From assembly GCA_022774485.1 (NCBI GenBank), contig JALFLX010000001.1, forward strand, positions 1-34,049: a DNA stretch of 34,049 bases. The letters are read 5' to 3'. Origin of the DNA: Bacilli bacterium (GTDB lineage Bacteria; Bacillota_I; Bacilli_A; RFN20; CAG-288). The position numbers and the translations under genes were made by a program. The notes beneath the pieces were generated by a model that was given only the letters and a program-made list of their open reading frames with translations, made no database searches and had not been told where the DNA came from. Positions 7,936 to 16,362 of this stretch are shown one piece after another; position 1 is the stretch's first letter; each line of letters begins with the position of its first letter.

Positions 7936-8718
7936 ATGAACAGCTTTAGAAAGATCTTGATCAGCATACAAACCTGTATCTATGGAATCGCCTTGATCTT
8001 AGCGATCTTAACGGTGTGCGGGGTTGTCAATTACTGGGATGTGATGCAGGCAAAGACCATCATCACTGGCTCTTTTGCTTGTCTTCTTTTCATTTGGTTC
8101 ACGGTCTTAATCGAGAAGTTTACCAAGGTGAGACTTTCTCTTCTTGTCGACATTGGAATCGCAATGAGTCTCTTCTTAGGTGTCCTTGTCGGAGAGTGCT
8201 TCTTAGGATTCTACAAAATTAAATATTACGATCGCGTGCTTCACTTTTTAGGAACTTTAGAACTCTGTGTCTTAGGATATGCGATCGCCAAAGTAATGTT
8301 GAGACAGTTCAGCGCCAAAGGGAAGAATCAGCTCTTGTTTGCAATCTTCTTCGGTTTCTTCTTCGCGATGGCACTAGAAGCTTTGTGGGAATTATATGAG
8401 TGGTCTGCAGATACTCTCTTTGGAACCAACATGCAGAAATTCATCCCCAACGAATTCTTAGTACAACTAGATGAGAATCTAGCGATTCCAGAAGATATGA
8501 AAGAAGAGATATTTAACTTCTACAGCCAAAGAGAAGGCTATCACTTCGCTGTCATGGACACCATGTGGGATATCGTGATGGATCTTCTCGGAGCCTTATC
8601 TGGAGCCTTGATCACTTACTTTGTCATGAAAGAGAAACCAGAGCTTCAAGATCGAATTCTCTATCTCTCAAACGAGGATGAAATTATTCAATTGATCAAA
8701 GAGAATAGTAACGAATAA
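7936..8718 (+). CDS. DUF2238/YjdF-like integral membrane protein (tentative)
   Basis: Multi-pass membrane protein. YDRVLHFLGT and ALWELYEWSADTLFGTNMQ...MDTMWDIVMDLLGALSGAL resemble the YjdF-family motifs YD-IGHF and YE-IEW...LGTQGD-WDTQ-DM--ALLGA. I chose the start at ATG 7936, downstream of the prs terminator; the ORF-track start at 7822 lies inside that terminator. Confidence 0.55.
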   Translation: MNSFRKILISIQTCIYGIALILAILTVCGVVNYWDVMQAKTIITGSFACLLFIWFTVLIEKFTKVRLSLLVDIGIAMSLFLGVLVGECFLGFYKIKYYDRVLHFLGTLELCVLGYAIAKVMLRQFSAKGKNQLLFAIFFGFFFAMALEALWELYEWSADTLFGTNMQKFIPNEFLVQLDENLAIPEDMKEEIFNFYSQREGYHFAVMDTMWDIVMDLLGALSGALITYFVMKEKPELQDRILYLSNEDEIIQLIKENSNE

Positions 8719-8745
8719 TCTAGGAGAAGTCCTAGATTATTTTTG
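8717..8745 (+). terminator. Rho-independent terminator
   Basis: AATCTAGGA (8717-8725), loop GAAG, TCCTAGATT (8730-8738), then ATTTTT. Confidence 0.75.
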
Positions 8746-8798
8746 TTGTGATAAAAAACAACTTCTATCTGCTATGTTGACTTTTCACAATGATAAGA

Positions 8799-8822
8799 GG
8801 AGAAAATACCAAAGTTTTCTCC
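8799..8822 (+). other. Hairpin that sequesters the only SD-like sequence upstream of the CPBP gene
   Basis: GGAGAAAA (8799-8806) pairs perfectly with TTTTCTCC (8815-8822) across an 8-nt loop. It ends 4 nt before ATG 8827 and has no U-tract. Confidence 0.4.
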
Positions 8823-8826
8823 AATC

Positions 8827-9609
8827 ATGTATAATAATCACATGGAAAAAGAACAGAAGAACACCCTGATTACCTTTCTCTATCTCCTCTTGTTTTATCT
8901 CGCTTGTAAATTCCTTCCTTTCGAGAAAATCCCAGGGCCGAACTTTGTCGCACCTCTTCTTCAAGCTCTCGTGTTACTCGGAATTCTTATCTTTGTTCTT
9001 CTTGAAGAAAAGAAATGCCAAATTCCACGAAAAGAGGGAGCACAAAATCCGTTTCTCTCTTTCCCACTTTTCCTCATCTGTTTCTCAAATCTCCTCTATC
9101 TTCTCTGCTTTCAAATCGCACCGAGCAAGGCAGTTGACGTTCCTCTCTTCTTATCAGAAACTCTTGTCACCTTCTTCTCTATCACCATCGAAGAACTGCT
9201 GTTTCGATCTTTGCTCTTTCCATTCTTTCAATCTCTCATCCAAGGAAAATACTCCGATGAGCTTTCTATCCTTGTATCATCAGCCTGTTTTTCTTTGATG
9301 CACGCGATCAACTTCATCGGAAATGCGCCCCTCTCTGTCTTAATGCAAATGGGATACACTCTCTTCTTAGGAGTTGTCTTAGCTTCTATCACCCTCTATC
9401 ATAAAAGAGGAATCTATCTTGCCATTTCTTTCCACTTCTTTTTTAACTTCATCAACAGCGATCTGATCAACGCTCTTTTCTCTTATCAAATCAACCTAAA
9501 TTACGTTTTATTCAATCTCACATTCGGTGTCATTGCTCTTCTCTATCTCTTCTTCCTCTATCATAGACACCAGAAAGGAAACGAAAATGTTACCGGACAT
9601 CGGAATTGA
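8827..9609 (+). CDS. CPBP-family (CAAX/Abi) intramembrane glutamic endopeptidase
   Basis: Polytopic membrane protein with all three family motifs: EELLFRSLLF, FSLMHA and HFFFNF. An alternative start is ATG 8842, preceded by TATAAT-N6. The 3' end overlaps lgt by 23 nt. Confidence 0.8.
   Translation: MYNNHMEKEQKNTLITFLYLLLFYLACKFLPFEKIPGPNFVAPLLQALVLLGILIFVLLEEKKCQIPRKEGAQNPFLSFPLFLICFSNLLYLLCFQIAPSKAVDVPLFLSETLVTFFSITIEELLFRSLLFPFFQSLIQGKYSDELSILVSSACFSLMHAINFIGNAPLSVLMQMGYTLFLGVVLASITLYHKRGIYLAISFHFFFNFINSDLINALFSYQINLNYVLFNLTFGVIALLYLFFLYHRHQKGNENVTGHRN
8830..8835 (+). promoter_or_regulatory. -10-like hexamer TATAAT 6 nt upstream of the internal ATG 8842 of the CPBP gene
   Basis: TATAAT-AATCAC-ATG. 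No convincing -35 box. Confidence 0.25.
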
Positions 9610-10336
9610 TTTATATCCTATCCTCCTTGTCATCGGAGTGATTCTCTCCTGTGTCATCTTAGAATTTTACTTCAAGAAAATCGGCATGAAAAAAGGAGTC
9701 AGCACCAATATCGAACTCGCAGTCACCATCTCTGCGATAGCTGGTATCATCTTTGCGATACTCTTCCAAAATCTCTATGACTTCATCGAAAATCCAAAAG
9801 AGTATCACTGGACCTTTGCGATGACATTCTTCGGCGGTTTGATCGGAGGAGGATTAACCTTCTTCCTTCAGTACTTCCTGTACTTAAAAAAGAAAAATCC
9901 ACCTTTCTTAAAAGAAGTCGTCAAGGTCGCAGGGGCCTGCATTCCGTTGGCTCACGGAATCGGTAGAATCGGTTGTTTCTTAGATGGATGCTGTTATGGT
10001 ATAGAGACAGATTCTATCCTCGGAATCAAATTCACCACGACCGAGACCAAAGTCTGGCCGACCAATCTCTTTGAAGCGATCTTCTTATTAATCCTTTCTG
10101 CAATCCTTCTCTATCTCTTATTTAAAAAACAATCTGACTTCACGATGGTAATTTATCTACTCTCTTACGGAATCTTCCGCTTCTTAATCGAATTCTTAAG
10201 AGGAGATCACCGCGGAAGCTTCATCCCTGGAATCTCACCGAGTCAGTTCTGGGCTATTCTCTTCTTCTTAGGTGGTGTCGTTTACTTGATTCTCTTATTA
10301 GTTCAGAAAAAAAGAGCAAAAGAAAAGACAGTGTGA
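9587..10336 (+). CDS. lgt: Prolipoprotein diacylglyceryl transferase
   Basis: About 249 aa and multi-pass. It has HGIGRIGCFLDGCCYG (a variant of the Lgt GRIGNF motif) and a C-terminal FLRGDHRG. AAAGGAA lies 6 nt upstream of ATG 9587; the ORF-track start at 9527 lies inside the CPBP gene. Confidence 0.85.
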   Translation: MLPDIGIDLYPILLVIGVILSCVILEFYFKKIGMKKGVSTNIELAVTISAIAGIIFAILFQNLYDFIENPKEYHWTFAMTFFGGLIGGGLTFFLQYFLYLKKKNPPFLKEVVKVAGACIPLAHGIGRIGCFLDGCCYGIETDSILGIKFTTTETKVWPTNLFEAIFLLILSAILLYLLFKKQSDFTMVIYLLSYGIFRFLIEFLRGDHRGSFIPGISPSQFWAILFFLGGVVYLILLLVQKKRAKEKTV

Positions 10337-10372
10337 GAAAAGAGATTTTCTCATCCTATCTCAATACAAAAA

Positions 10373-10405
10373 GAACCGTGTTGCTTTCAAAAAGGAACAC
10401 GGTTT
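10373..10405. terminator. Bidirectional terminator between convergent lgt and serpin genes
   Basis: GAACCGTGTT (10373-10382) pairs with AACACGGTT(T) (10396-10405) across a 13-nt loop. An A-tract lies upstream and a T-rich tract downstream. Confidence 0.7.
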
Positions 10406-10409
10406 TCAT
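10396..10409 (+). repeat. Left copy of a 13/14-nt direct repeat AACA[C/G]GGTTTTCAT flanking the serpin-protease cassette
   Basis: AACACGGTTTTCAT. It forms the 3' arm of the terminator hairpin and ends 1 nt before the serpin stop codon. Confidence 0.6.
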
Positions 10410-11759
10410 TTATGCTGAATATTGACCGATATAGACAGGAAGATGTTGAGCATCATAGATGACATAGATGAAAGGATGATCAAGATTGACATCGATCACT
10501 TCAACAGGCATACTTGTCGCTTCTCCCTTTCCGACAGACTGCGTGACTGATTTGATGATCGTACCATCTTCTGAGAAAGAGACTTTGTTCTTCTGAATGG
10601 TGGAAAATAATGAGAAAAAATAATCATCCGGTTCATAGATTTCACTGAAAGGGTTGTTGTCAGAGACAAGAATCGGGCTTAAGGAAGATTTTTCAAAGAT
10701 TTTTGTAAAGTCAATCAGACATTCCGAAGTGAATTTTGGTAACGAGAGATGCATGAGGGAATTTTTTCTTCTCTCTTCCTCTTCTATGAGGAAATTCTTC
10801 CCTTTTACAAGATCAAAGATAGACTGCTCTTTCTGAAGTGAAGTGACATATTGAATGCTGTATCCGTTCTGATAATAGTCATAAACAGAGCAGTAATCTC
10901 CGTAATCGTAATACTTAGAATAGATGGTGTGATTCATGAAAGTCTTTGTCGTGGTAGAGCCATCCACAGCATAGAAATTCTTTTTCTCATTCGCTTCTTC
11001 TAAGAACCTCGTTCCCCAGTTCTGCTGGAAGAAGAATGTGGTATACAAGACAAACGAAATGAATTCATTCTCATCCATCTCCGGAAGCATCTCTTTGGTC
11101 ATGAAGTTCTTTTCGTTCACTTTTCCGTTGACCCAAGATAACATCCTCTCGACATCTGAATCGTTATGAAATGAGAGAGAAAAAGCTTCCACATAATGAT
11201 CTGTCAGCTTCTTTATATAATCATCTCTCACCGTTAAATCGTAATCGGAAGTTAAGAACATCCCTTGATACACCTGAGTAGAGCCGGTTTCTTTAGAGCT
11301 GAAGTTATTGGTTAATAAGGGCAAGTAGTTCTCTTCTCTCTCTTCAAAAGAAGAGCAGAGATATTCTTCAAACGCATTTTGATAAAGGTCATTTGTCCCT
11401 AAGCTCAGCGTGTGAAGATTAAGATACAAACCGAGCGGAGAATAAGAGACATTCTTCTCTAACCCTTGAACTCTCTCATAATTCTCAAAAGCAAACTTTT
11501 GATAATGAGATAAGAAAACATCGCTGACTGTGAGTTTCTGATTCAACAAGGATTGATACGTGACCTCATTGAGAGATTGATAAGACTGTTTGTGAATCGC
11601 TTTTTGATCTTGAATTGAATAATTTCGTTTCACCTGAGTAATCGTATCAGTCGTATCGATCAAGCCGGTTGAGACGCTGGTAAAAACCACAGCGCCTGCA
11701 ATCAAAGCGACAGTGACAGGAATGGTGATGAGAAGTGCAATCTTCTTTTCTTTTTTCAT
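10410..11759 (-). CDS. Serpin-family protein with N-terminal membrane anchor
   Basis: 449 aa. It has an N-terminal TM helix (IALLITIPVTVALIAGAVVF), the serpin core signature NVSYSPLGLYLNLHTLSLG, and the C-terminal motif LDHPFIYVIYD...PVYIGQ. AAAGGAG lies 9 nt upstream of the ATG. Confidence 0.85.
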   Translation of the reverse strand: MKKEKKIALLITIPVTVALIAGAVVFTSVSTGLIDTTDTITQVKRNYSIQDQKAIHKQSYQSLNEVTYQSLLNQKLTVSDVFLSHYQKFAFENYERVQGLEKNVSYSPLGLYLNLHTLSLGTNDLYQNAFEEYLCSSFEEREENYLPLLTNNFSSKETGSTQVYQGMFLTSDYDLTVRDDYIKKLTDHYVEAFSLSFHNDSDVERMLSWVNGKVNEKNFMTKEMLPEMDENEFISFVLYTTFFFQQNWGTRFLEEANEKKNFYAVDGSTTTKTFMNHTIYSKYYDYGDYCSVYDYYQNGYSIQYVTSLQKEQSIFDLVKGKNFLIEEEERRKNSLMHLSLPKFTSECLIDFTKIFEKSSLSPILVSDNNPFSEIYEPDDYFFSLFSTIQKNKVSFSEDGTIIKSVTQSVGKGEATSMPVEVIDVNLDHPFIYVIYDAQHLPVYIGQYSA

Positions 11760-11893
11760 AATCTAGTCACTCCTTTTACTTATTAAACTGAAAAGCAAAA
11801 AATATCTCTCAAAGAAGCGTGGGATTTGTCGAATAAATTTTGTTATATGGAACCAAAAAGCTTCTTATCTATATTATTCTTCAAAACAAACCT

Positions 11894-11930
11894 CAAAAAA
11901 AGTTGTCAGATTCTTAAGAACCTGACAACT
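11894..11930 (-). terminator. Strong rho-independent terminator of the metalloprotease gene
   Basis: The minus strand reads AGTTGTCAG-(12 nt)-CTGACAACT followed by TTTTTT. It lies 5 nt after the stop codon. Confidence 0.85.
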
Positions 11931-11935
11931 CCATT

Positions 11936-14170
11936 TTACAAGATGCTAAGAATACTAGCTGAGAAGGAACATGATTCTCCAGAGTCTAATAATCCATTGA
12001 TGAACTGCTCATTATAAGAGCTGACAGAGAATGTGCTACCAGCTGTAAACAGAGCAGTTGATGTGGCAGGATTGCTCATCGAAAGAGTTCTGTGATTTTT
12101 GCTGATAAGTCTAACTTCATCCATCGGGTTATAAGAAGAAGAGACACCATAGTTGCTTTCCGCTCTTAAGCCTTCCTTGGTGTTAGAGATGACAGTAAGG
12201 AGAGAATCTGTGTTCCCATCTTCAAACGGGTCATCAGGGTTGTCATACATCTCAAGCGAGTAGTTATAAGAAGTACTGGTGTATTTGAAGAGTCTGTTAT
12301 CGACATGATATACCTTGACACCAGTTCCTTGAATTGGAGAAGAACCATAGCAGTCATACCCTTGCACATTGAGGTTTTTGGGCTGGTAGAGTTCCATGGC
12401 GATATATTCATCATAGGCGTTAAAGAGAACCTTTCCGTTCTCATCTTTCTTGTATTCTCTGCTATCTTTTGCAAAGACGATACAAGTTTCTTCTAACTGA
12501 GAAGAAGGAAGCGAGATGGTGCAATCTCCATAGACAATATACGGCGTTGCCCATCCGTAGAGAAGCTTCGTGTAGATGTTGTGATCGCCGCAGTTTTGCG
12601 ACATCATATCAGCAGAGCCGAGAGGATCATAAGAATAATCTGTGATATTTCCAGTCATGTAAGCGTAGTAGTCCTGAGCGCCTAACATATGACCAGTCTC
12701 ATGGATTAAGACATGAGCATCACATTCGTGATTGTCGTAATATTCCGGATAAGTAGCAAGTGAGTAGTAGCTGTCAGTCAAGAATTCTAATCCTGCCCAA
12801 CCATAGATGTTAACGACAGGAGAATCGACATTGCCGACTCCTTTTTGTGTAGTGGAAGTATAAGCCCAAAAGTCGCTTCCGTTAGTCTTATGAAGGTAGA
12901 CCATCCAAAGGCCATCGATGAATCCATCTCCGTTGCTGTCGTAGTCTTTAGGATCGATTCCATACTGAGAAACTGCCCACTTTAAGCATAAGGATGCAAG
13001 CGTTCCAACATTGCTGCCCGAATAATTTGAGATTGTCTTAAAGGTCTTATCATAATCACCAGGAGTGAAGAATCCAGTCACACCTCCTGTGAAGTCAAGT
13101 TTCCCTTTGGAGGCTTGATAATAATAAGAGTGGACTGATTCAAAATGGAGATCAGAACTGTTTCCGAAGAACGCCTTTTGAATGATATTCCAGTTTTCCT
13201 CTGTCGCTTTGCTCTCATCACCAGGAGTGACAATTGGAACGACAAGGAGCGGAACTTCACCAGTGGAAGGGGTGGAGACCCAGTTCGACGCATTTCGCAA
13301 TGTGTAGTCTTCCATGTTGTATTCGTTGATGACTTCCTCAGGAGAATAATATCCTTTATCTCCCTCTTCTAAGGTGACATTGCTGTTAGTGAACTTGATA
13401 TTCGCCGTGGTGTAATCTGTTTGGAAGTTAATGGTGTTATCCACATATTGCTTCGGAGTCGTGATGGTGTTTTCTTCGATGCAGTAGACTGAATAAGACA
13501 CCTTCAAGTCCTCACCAGTATCCCAGCGGGGATAAGTGATTTCCACGGTGTAACTTCCCGGAGTTGTAAACTGATACTCCTCATATTCTACTCCGTTGAT
13601 CTTGATGTGATAGTCTTTGACCACCTGAGTCATATTCTTAGATTTCTCAGCGACATATTTGGTGTTCAAGTTGATGACCATACCCTCATCAGTATAGTTC
13701 TCACCGATTGTGTATGCTGTCTTATCAGGAAGTGTCTGAAGAATCAAATACTGGGCGAAATTGCTGACTTCTGTGACAAAGATGTTAAAGGAAGCAGATT
13801 CGAATCCTTCCTTCACAACGCTGTAGTTCACATAGCCGACAGAGGAAAGAATATCACCGTCATGAGCTTCGTTTCCATCGGCATCGTTGATGACTTTGAA
13901 GTCTGTAATCTCATTAGAAGAGAGGAGATTATCATCCTTGTCGTATGTCGCTTCGCTCACTCGTAAATCGGTGAGATCGAGCTTGTCAAACTGGTAATAA
14001 TCCAAAAGCGGAGAAGTCAAAAGAATCAAAGACTTTCTTGCGACTACAGGCTCTGTCACCACCGGTTCTGTCGGGACTTGCTCTGTCGATGTCTCTGTAT
14101 TGTTACTAGGATATTGACACGCGCTCAGAAACATCATCGCGGTCAAGATTAGCCAAGCGTGTTTTTTCAT
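11936..14170 (-). CDS. Surface lipoprotein with two Ig-like repeats and an M6 (immune inhibitor A)-like zinc metalloprotease domain
   Basis: 744 aa with lipobox LTAMMFLSA-C. Two roughly 90-aa beta-rich repeats end in ...SFNIFVTE and ...VSYSVYCIE. The zinc site is VLIHETGHMLGAQDYY (HExxH...D-Y as in M6 peptidases), preceded by DSNGDGFIDGLWMVY. AAGGAGA lies 4 nt upstream of the ATG. Confidence 0.8.
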   Translation of the reverse strand: MKKHAWLILTAMMFLSACQYPSNNTETSTEQVPTEPVVTEPVVARKSLILLTSPLLDYYQFDKLDLTDLRVSEATYDKDDNLLSSNEITDFKVINDADGNEAHDGDILSSVGYVNYSVVKEGFESASFNIFVTEVSNFAQYLILQTLPDKTAYTIGENYTDEGMVINLNTKYVAEKSKNMTQVVKDYHIKINGVEYEEYQFTTPGSYTVEITYPRWDTGEDLKVSYSVYCIEENTITTPKQYVDNTINFQTDYTTANIKFTNSNVTLEEGDKGYYSPEEVINEYNMEDYTLRNASNWVSTPSTGEVPLLVVPIVTPGDESKATEENWNIIQKAFFGNSSDLHFESVHSYYYQASKGKLDFTGGVTGFFTPGDYDKTFKTISNYSGSNVGTLASLCLKWAVSQYGIDPKDYDSNGDGFIDGLWMVYLHKTNGSDFWAYTSTTQKGVGNVDSPVVNIYGWAGLEFLTDSYYSLATYPEYYDNHECDAHVLIHETGHMLGAQDYYAYMTGNITDYSYDPLGSADMMSQNCGDHNIYTKLLYGWATPYIVYGDCTISLPSSQLEETCIVFAKDSREYKKDENGKVLFNAYDEYIAMELYQPKNLNVQGYDCYGSSPIQGTGVKVYHVDNRLFKYTSTSYNYSLEMYDNPDDPFEDGNTDSLLTVISNTKEGLRAESNYGVSSSYNPMDEVRLISKNHRTLSMSNPATSTALFTAGSTFSVSSYNEQFINGLLDSGESCSFSASILSIL

Positions 14171-14191
14171 AAATTCTCCTTCTCACTGATA

Positions 14192-14205
14192 AACAGGGTT
14201 TTCAT
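14192..14205 (+). repeat. Right copy of the 13/14-nt direct repeat
   Basis: AACAGGGTTTTCAT, in the spacer between the protease start (14170) and the rsmA stop (14230). Confidence 0.6.
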
Positions 14206-14229
14206 CATATATTATTTATCGGTAAAAAA

Positions 14230-15045
14230 CTACGCATCGTTTTCTAAAATTAATTGAGAGATTGAAAGAAGCGTTTTCACAGGGAGCTGCCTTGCTCTCA
14301 TGGTCAACACGTCAGGATTCTTCTCTTTTAAGATTTCAATTGCTCTCTCTTTATATTTTGATTGTTTCAAGCAGTTTGAAATATTTTTGTTGGGATCTTT
14401 AAAGAGAGCTTTATAAATCGGATAGAGATGGAAGTCGATCTTTCTTTCCTTGGTAATTTTTAAGAAGGCAGAGTCAACCTTCGGAGCAGGTAGGAAACAA
14501 GAAGAGTCGACATAGGTTAATATCTCCACTTTTCCCTGAGTCGCAAGGAAAGCGCCTAATGGGCAGTTCTCTTTCTTTCCCTCTTCATAAATCAACTTCT
14601 CGGCGACTTCTTTTTGGACCATCACACCTGCGCTTGCAAAACCTTTTTCAATCAGATATTCCAGAAGCTCGCTGGTGATGTTGTAAGGGAGATTACCGAC
14701 AAAGATTCTCTCTTCTTCTTTGACATATTCATCCGGATTGAAACGCAGGAAATCAGAATTGATGACAGTGACATTGCTCTCTTCTTGGAAAAGATCTTTT
14801 AAGACCGCAGCCATATCTCGATCCGCATCAACTGCAATCAAGCGTTTTGAAACTTTGCTGAGCGGAAGAGTTAACGAACCTAAGCCGGGACCGATTTCAA
14901 TGACACAAGGGTATTTCTCCACCTCCATACCTTTGACAATTCTTCTGATAATACCATCATTGATCAAAAAGTTCTGTCCGAAGGATTTCTTCGCGACCAA
15001 ACCATTTTCCTTCAACAGCGATTGAACGCGTTCTTTCTCATTCAT
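14230..15045 (-). CDS. rsmA: 16S rRNA (adenine1518/1519-N6)-dimethyltransferase
   Basis: KKSFGQNFL, the SAM motif VIEIGPGLGSLT and NLPYNI. GGAGG lies 9 nt upstream. It overlaps rnmV by 8 nt. Confidence 0.95.
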   Translation of the reverse strand: MNEKERVQSLLKENGLVAKKSFGQNFLINDGIIRRIVKGMEVEKYPCVIEIGPGLGSLTLPLSKVSKRLIAVDADRDMAAVLKDLFQEESNVTVINSDFLRFNPDEYVKEEERIFVGNLPYNITSELLEYLIEKGFASAGVMVQKEVAEKLIYEEGKKENCPLGAFLATQGKVEILTYVDSSCFLPAPKVDSAFLKITKERKIDFHLYPIYKALFKDPNKNISNCLKQSKYKERAIEILKEKNPDVLTMRARQLPVKTLLSISQLILENDA

Positions 15046-15592
15046 CTTGTAAATCCTCCATCACATCCTCTTTCGATTTTGAAAGCATCAAAAGAGCCTC
15101 TTCCACATTCTTGAATGAAGTGTACGGAATCGAATACTTCAAGACAAGTTTCATCCGTCTCTTTTTTCCATCGGGCCCAGTAAGTTTTAAATCATAAAGG
15201 TCATCGTCTTCTAAAGATAAGTTCTCATCGACAAATAAATCGTGATGGATAAACGGTTTTAACAAAACTTTTAAATCCTCTAACTTCATCTCCGCAATCC
15301 CGACTTTGCCGTGTTTGATACAGTCTTTTTTCTCTGCCTCTACTTTGAGGCATTCTCCGCAGACAGATTCGATGTGAGCATTTATTTCTCTTCCCGGCCC
15401 ATCTGGATCTGTCACTAAGACAAGAGGTCTCACTTCTGAAACATTTTTGATAAAGCGAAGCACCTCAGGACGGATATACTTACCACCGGTTTTAATCACG
15501 AAAAGACAACCCAATTTCTTGAGTTTATCCTCGTCCATCATTCCCTCAACCACATAAGCGTAACGCTTAAAAGACTTCTCTTGATAATCCAT
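15038..15592 (-). CDS. rnmV: Ribonuclease M5 (5S rRNA maturase, Toprim domain)
   Basis: YVVEGMMDEDKLKKLG ... LVLVTDPDGPGREI, which is the Toprim E and DxD motifs. It has the classic position between tatD/yabD and rsmA. Confidence 0.85.
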   Translation of the reverse strand: MDYQEKSFKRYAYVVEGMMDEDKLKKLGCLFVIKTGGKYIRPEVLRFIKNVSEVRPLVLVTDPDGPGREINAHIESVCGECLKVEAEKKDCIKHGKVGIAEMKLEDLKVLLKPFIHHDLFVDENLSLEDDDLYDLKLTGPDGKKRRMKLVLKYSIPYTSFKNVEEALLMLSKSKEDVMEDLQDE

Positions 15593-16361
15593 AAAACCTC
15601 ACTGCGTTCTCATAGAGACATGCCGCAACTTCTTCTACCTCTAATCCTTTAATTTCAGCGATTCTTCTCACAATATAAGGGAGGTAAGAGGGATCATTTC
15701 TCTCCCCGCGGAAAGGAGCGGGTGCAAGATATGGGCAATCTGTCTCTGTCAACATCATTTCAAGTGGCATCTCTTCAATCACTTTGAAGAGTGTCTTTGC
15801 GTTTTTAAAAGTGGAAACACCACCGATTCCAATATAGACCTCTGTATCTAACTTACGGTATTCACGGAGCAACTCCACACTGGCAGAACAGCAGTGAAGG
15901 TCAATCCGCCTCGGCTTTGTTTTCCGGATGATATCAAAGGTATCAAAGTCAGCATCGCGGGCGTGAATCACAATCGGAAGCGATAATTCTTTTGCAAGTT
16001 CAATCTGTTCGATAAATCTTCTTTTCTGCGAAGCTTTGGTCTCGTCTGATTTATCGTAATGATAATCTAATCCGATCTCACCGATTGCTTTGATGTGATC
16101 TTTTTCTTCTCTGATTCTCTGGTAAGCTTCTTTAAAATAATCTTCTTCTTTTGACGCAAATTCAGGATGAATCCCTAAGACAGAAAAAGAAAAATCTGGA
16201 TTCTCATTCTCCAGTGTTAAGACACGAGAAAAAGATGAAAGAGAGTCTGCTGTGTTAAACACAGCGACCACAGAATTCTGTTTTGATTTTTCAACGATTT
16301 CTCTGCGGATAGAAAAGAGTGCATCATCGTCAAGATGGCAATGCGTATCGATAATCTTCAT
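15567..16361 (-). CDS. tatD: TatD-family metal-dependent hydrolase (YabD-like)
   Basis: N-terminal IDTHCHLDD, plus EIGLDYHY, VIHARDA and TETDCPYLAP. Confidence 0.9.
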   Translation of the reverse strand: MKIIDTHCHLDDDALFSIRREIVEKSKQNSVVAVFNTADSLSSFSRVLTLENENPDFSFSVLGIHPEFASKEEDYFKEAYQRIREEKDHIKAIGEIGLDYHYDKSDETKASQKRRFIEQIELAKELSLPIVIHARDADFDTFDIIRKTKPRRIDLHCCSASVELLREYRKLDTEVYIGIGGVSTFKNAKTLFKVIEEMPLEMMLTETDCPYLAPAPFRGERNDPSYLPYIVRRIAEIKGLEVEEVAACLYENAVRFYGLSREVF

Positions 16362-16362
16362 A

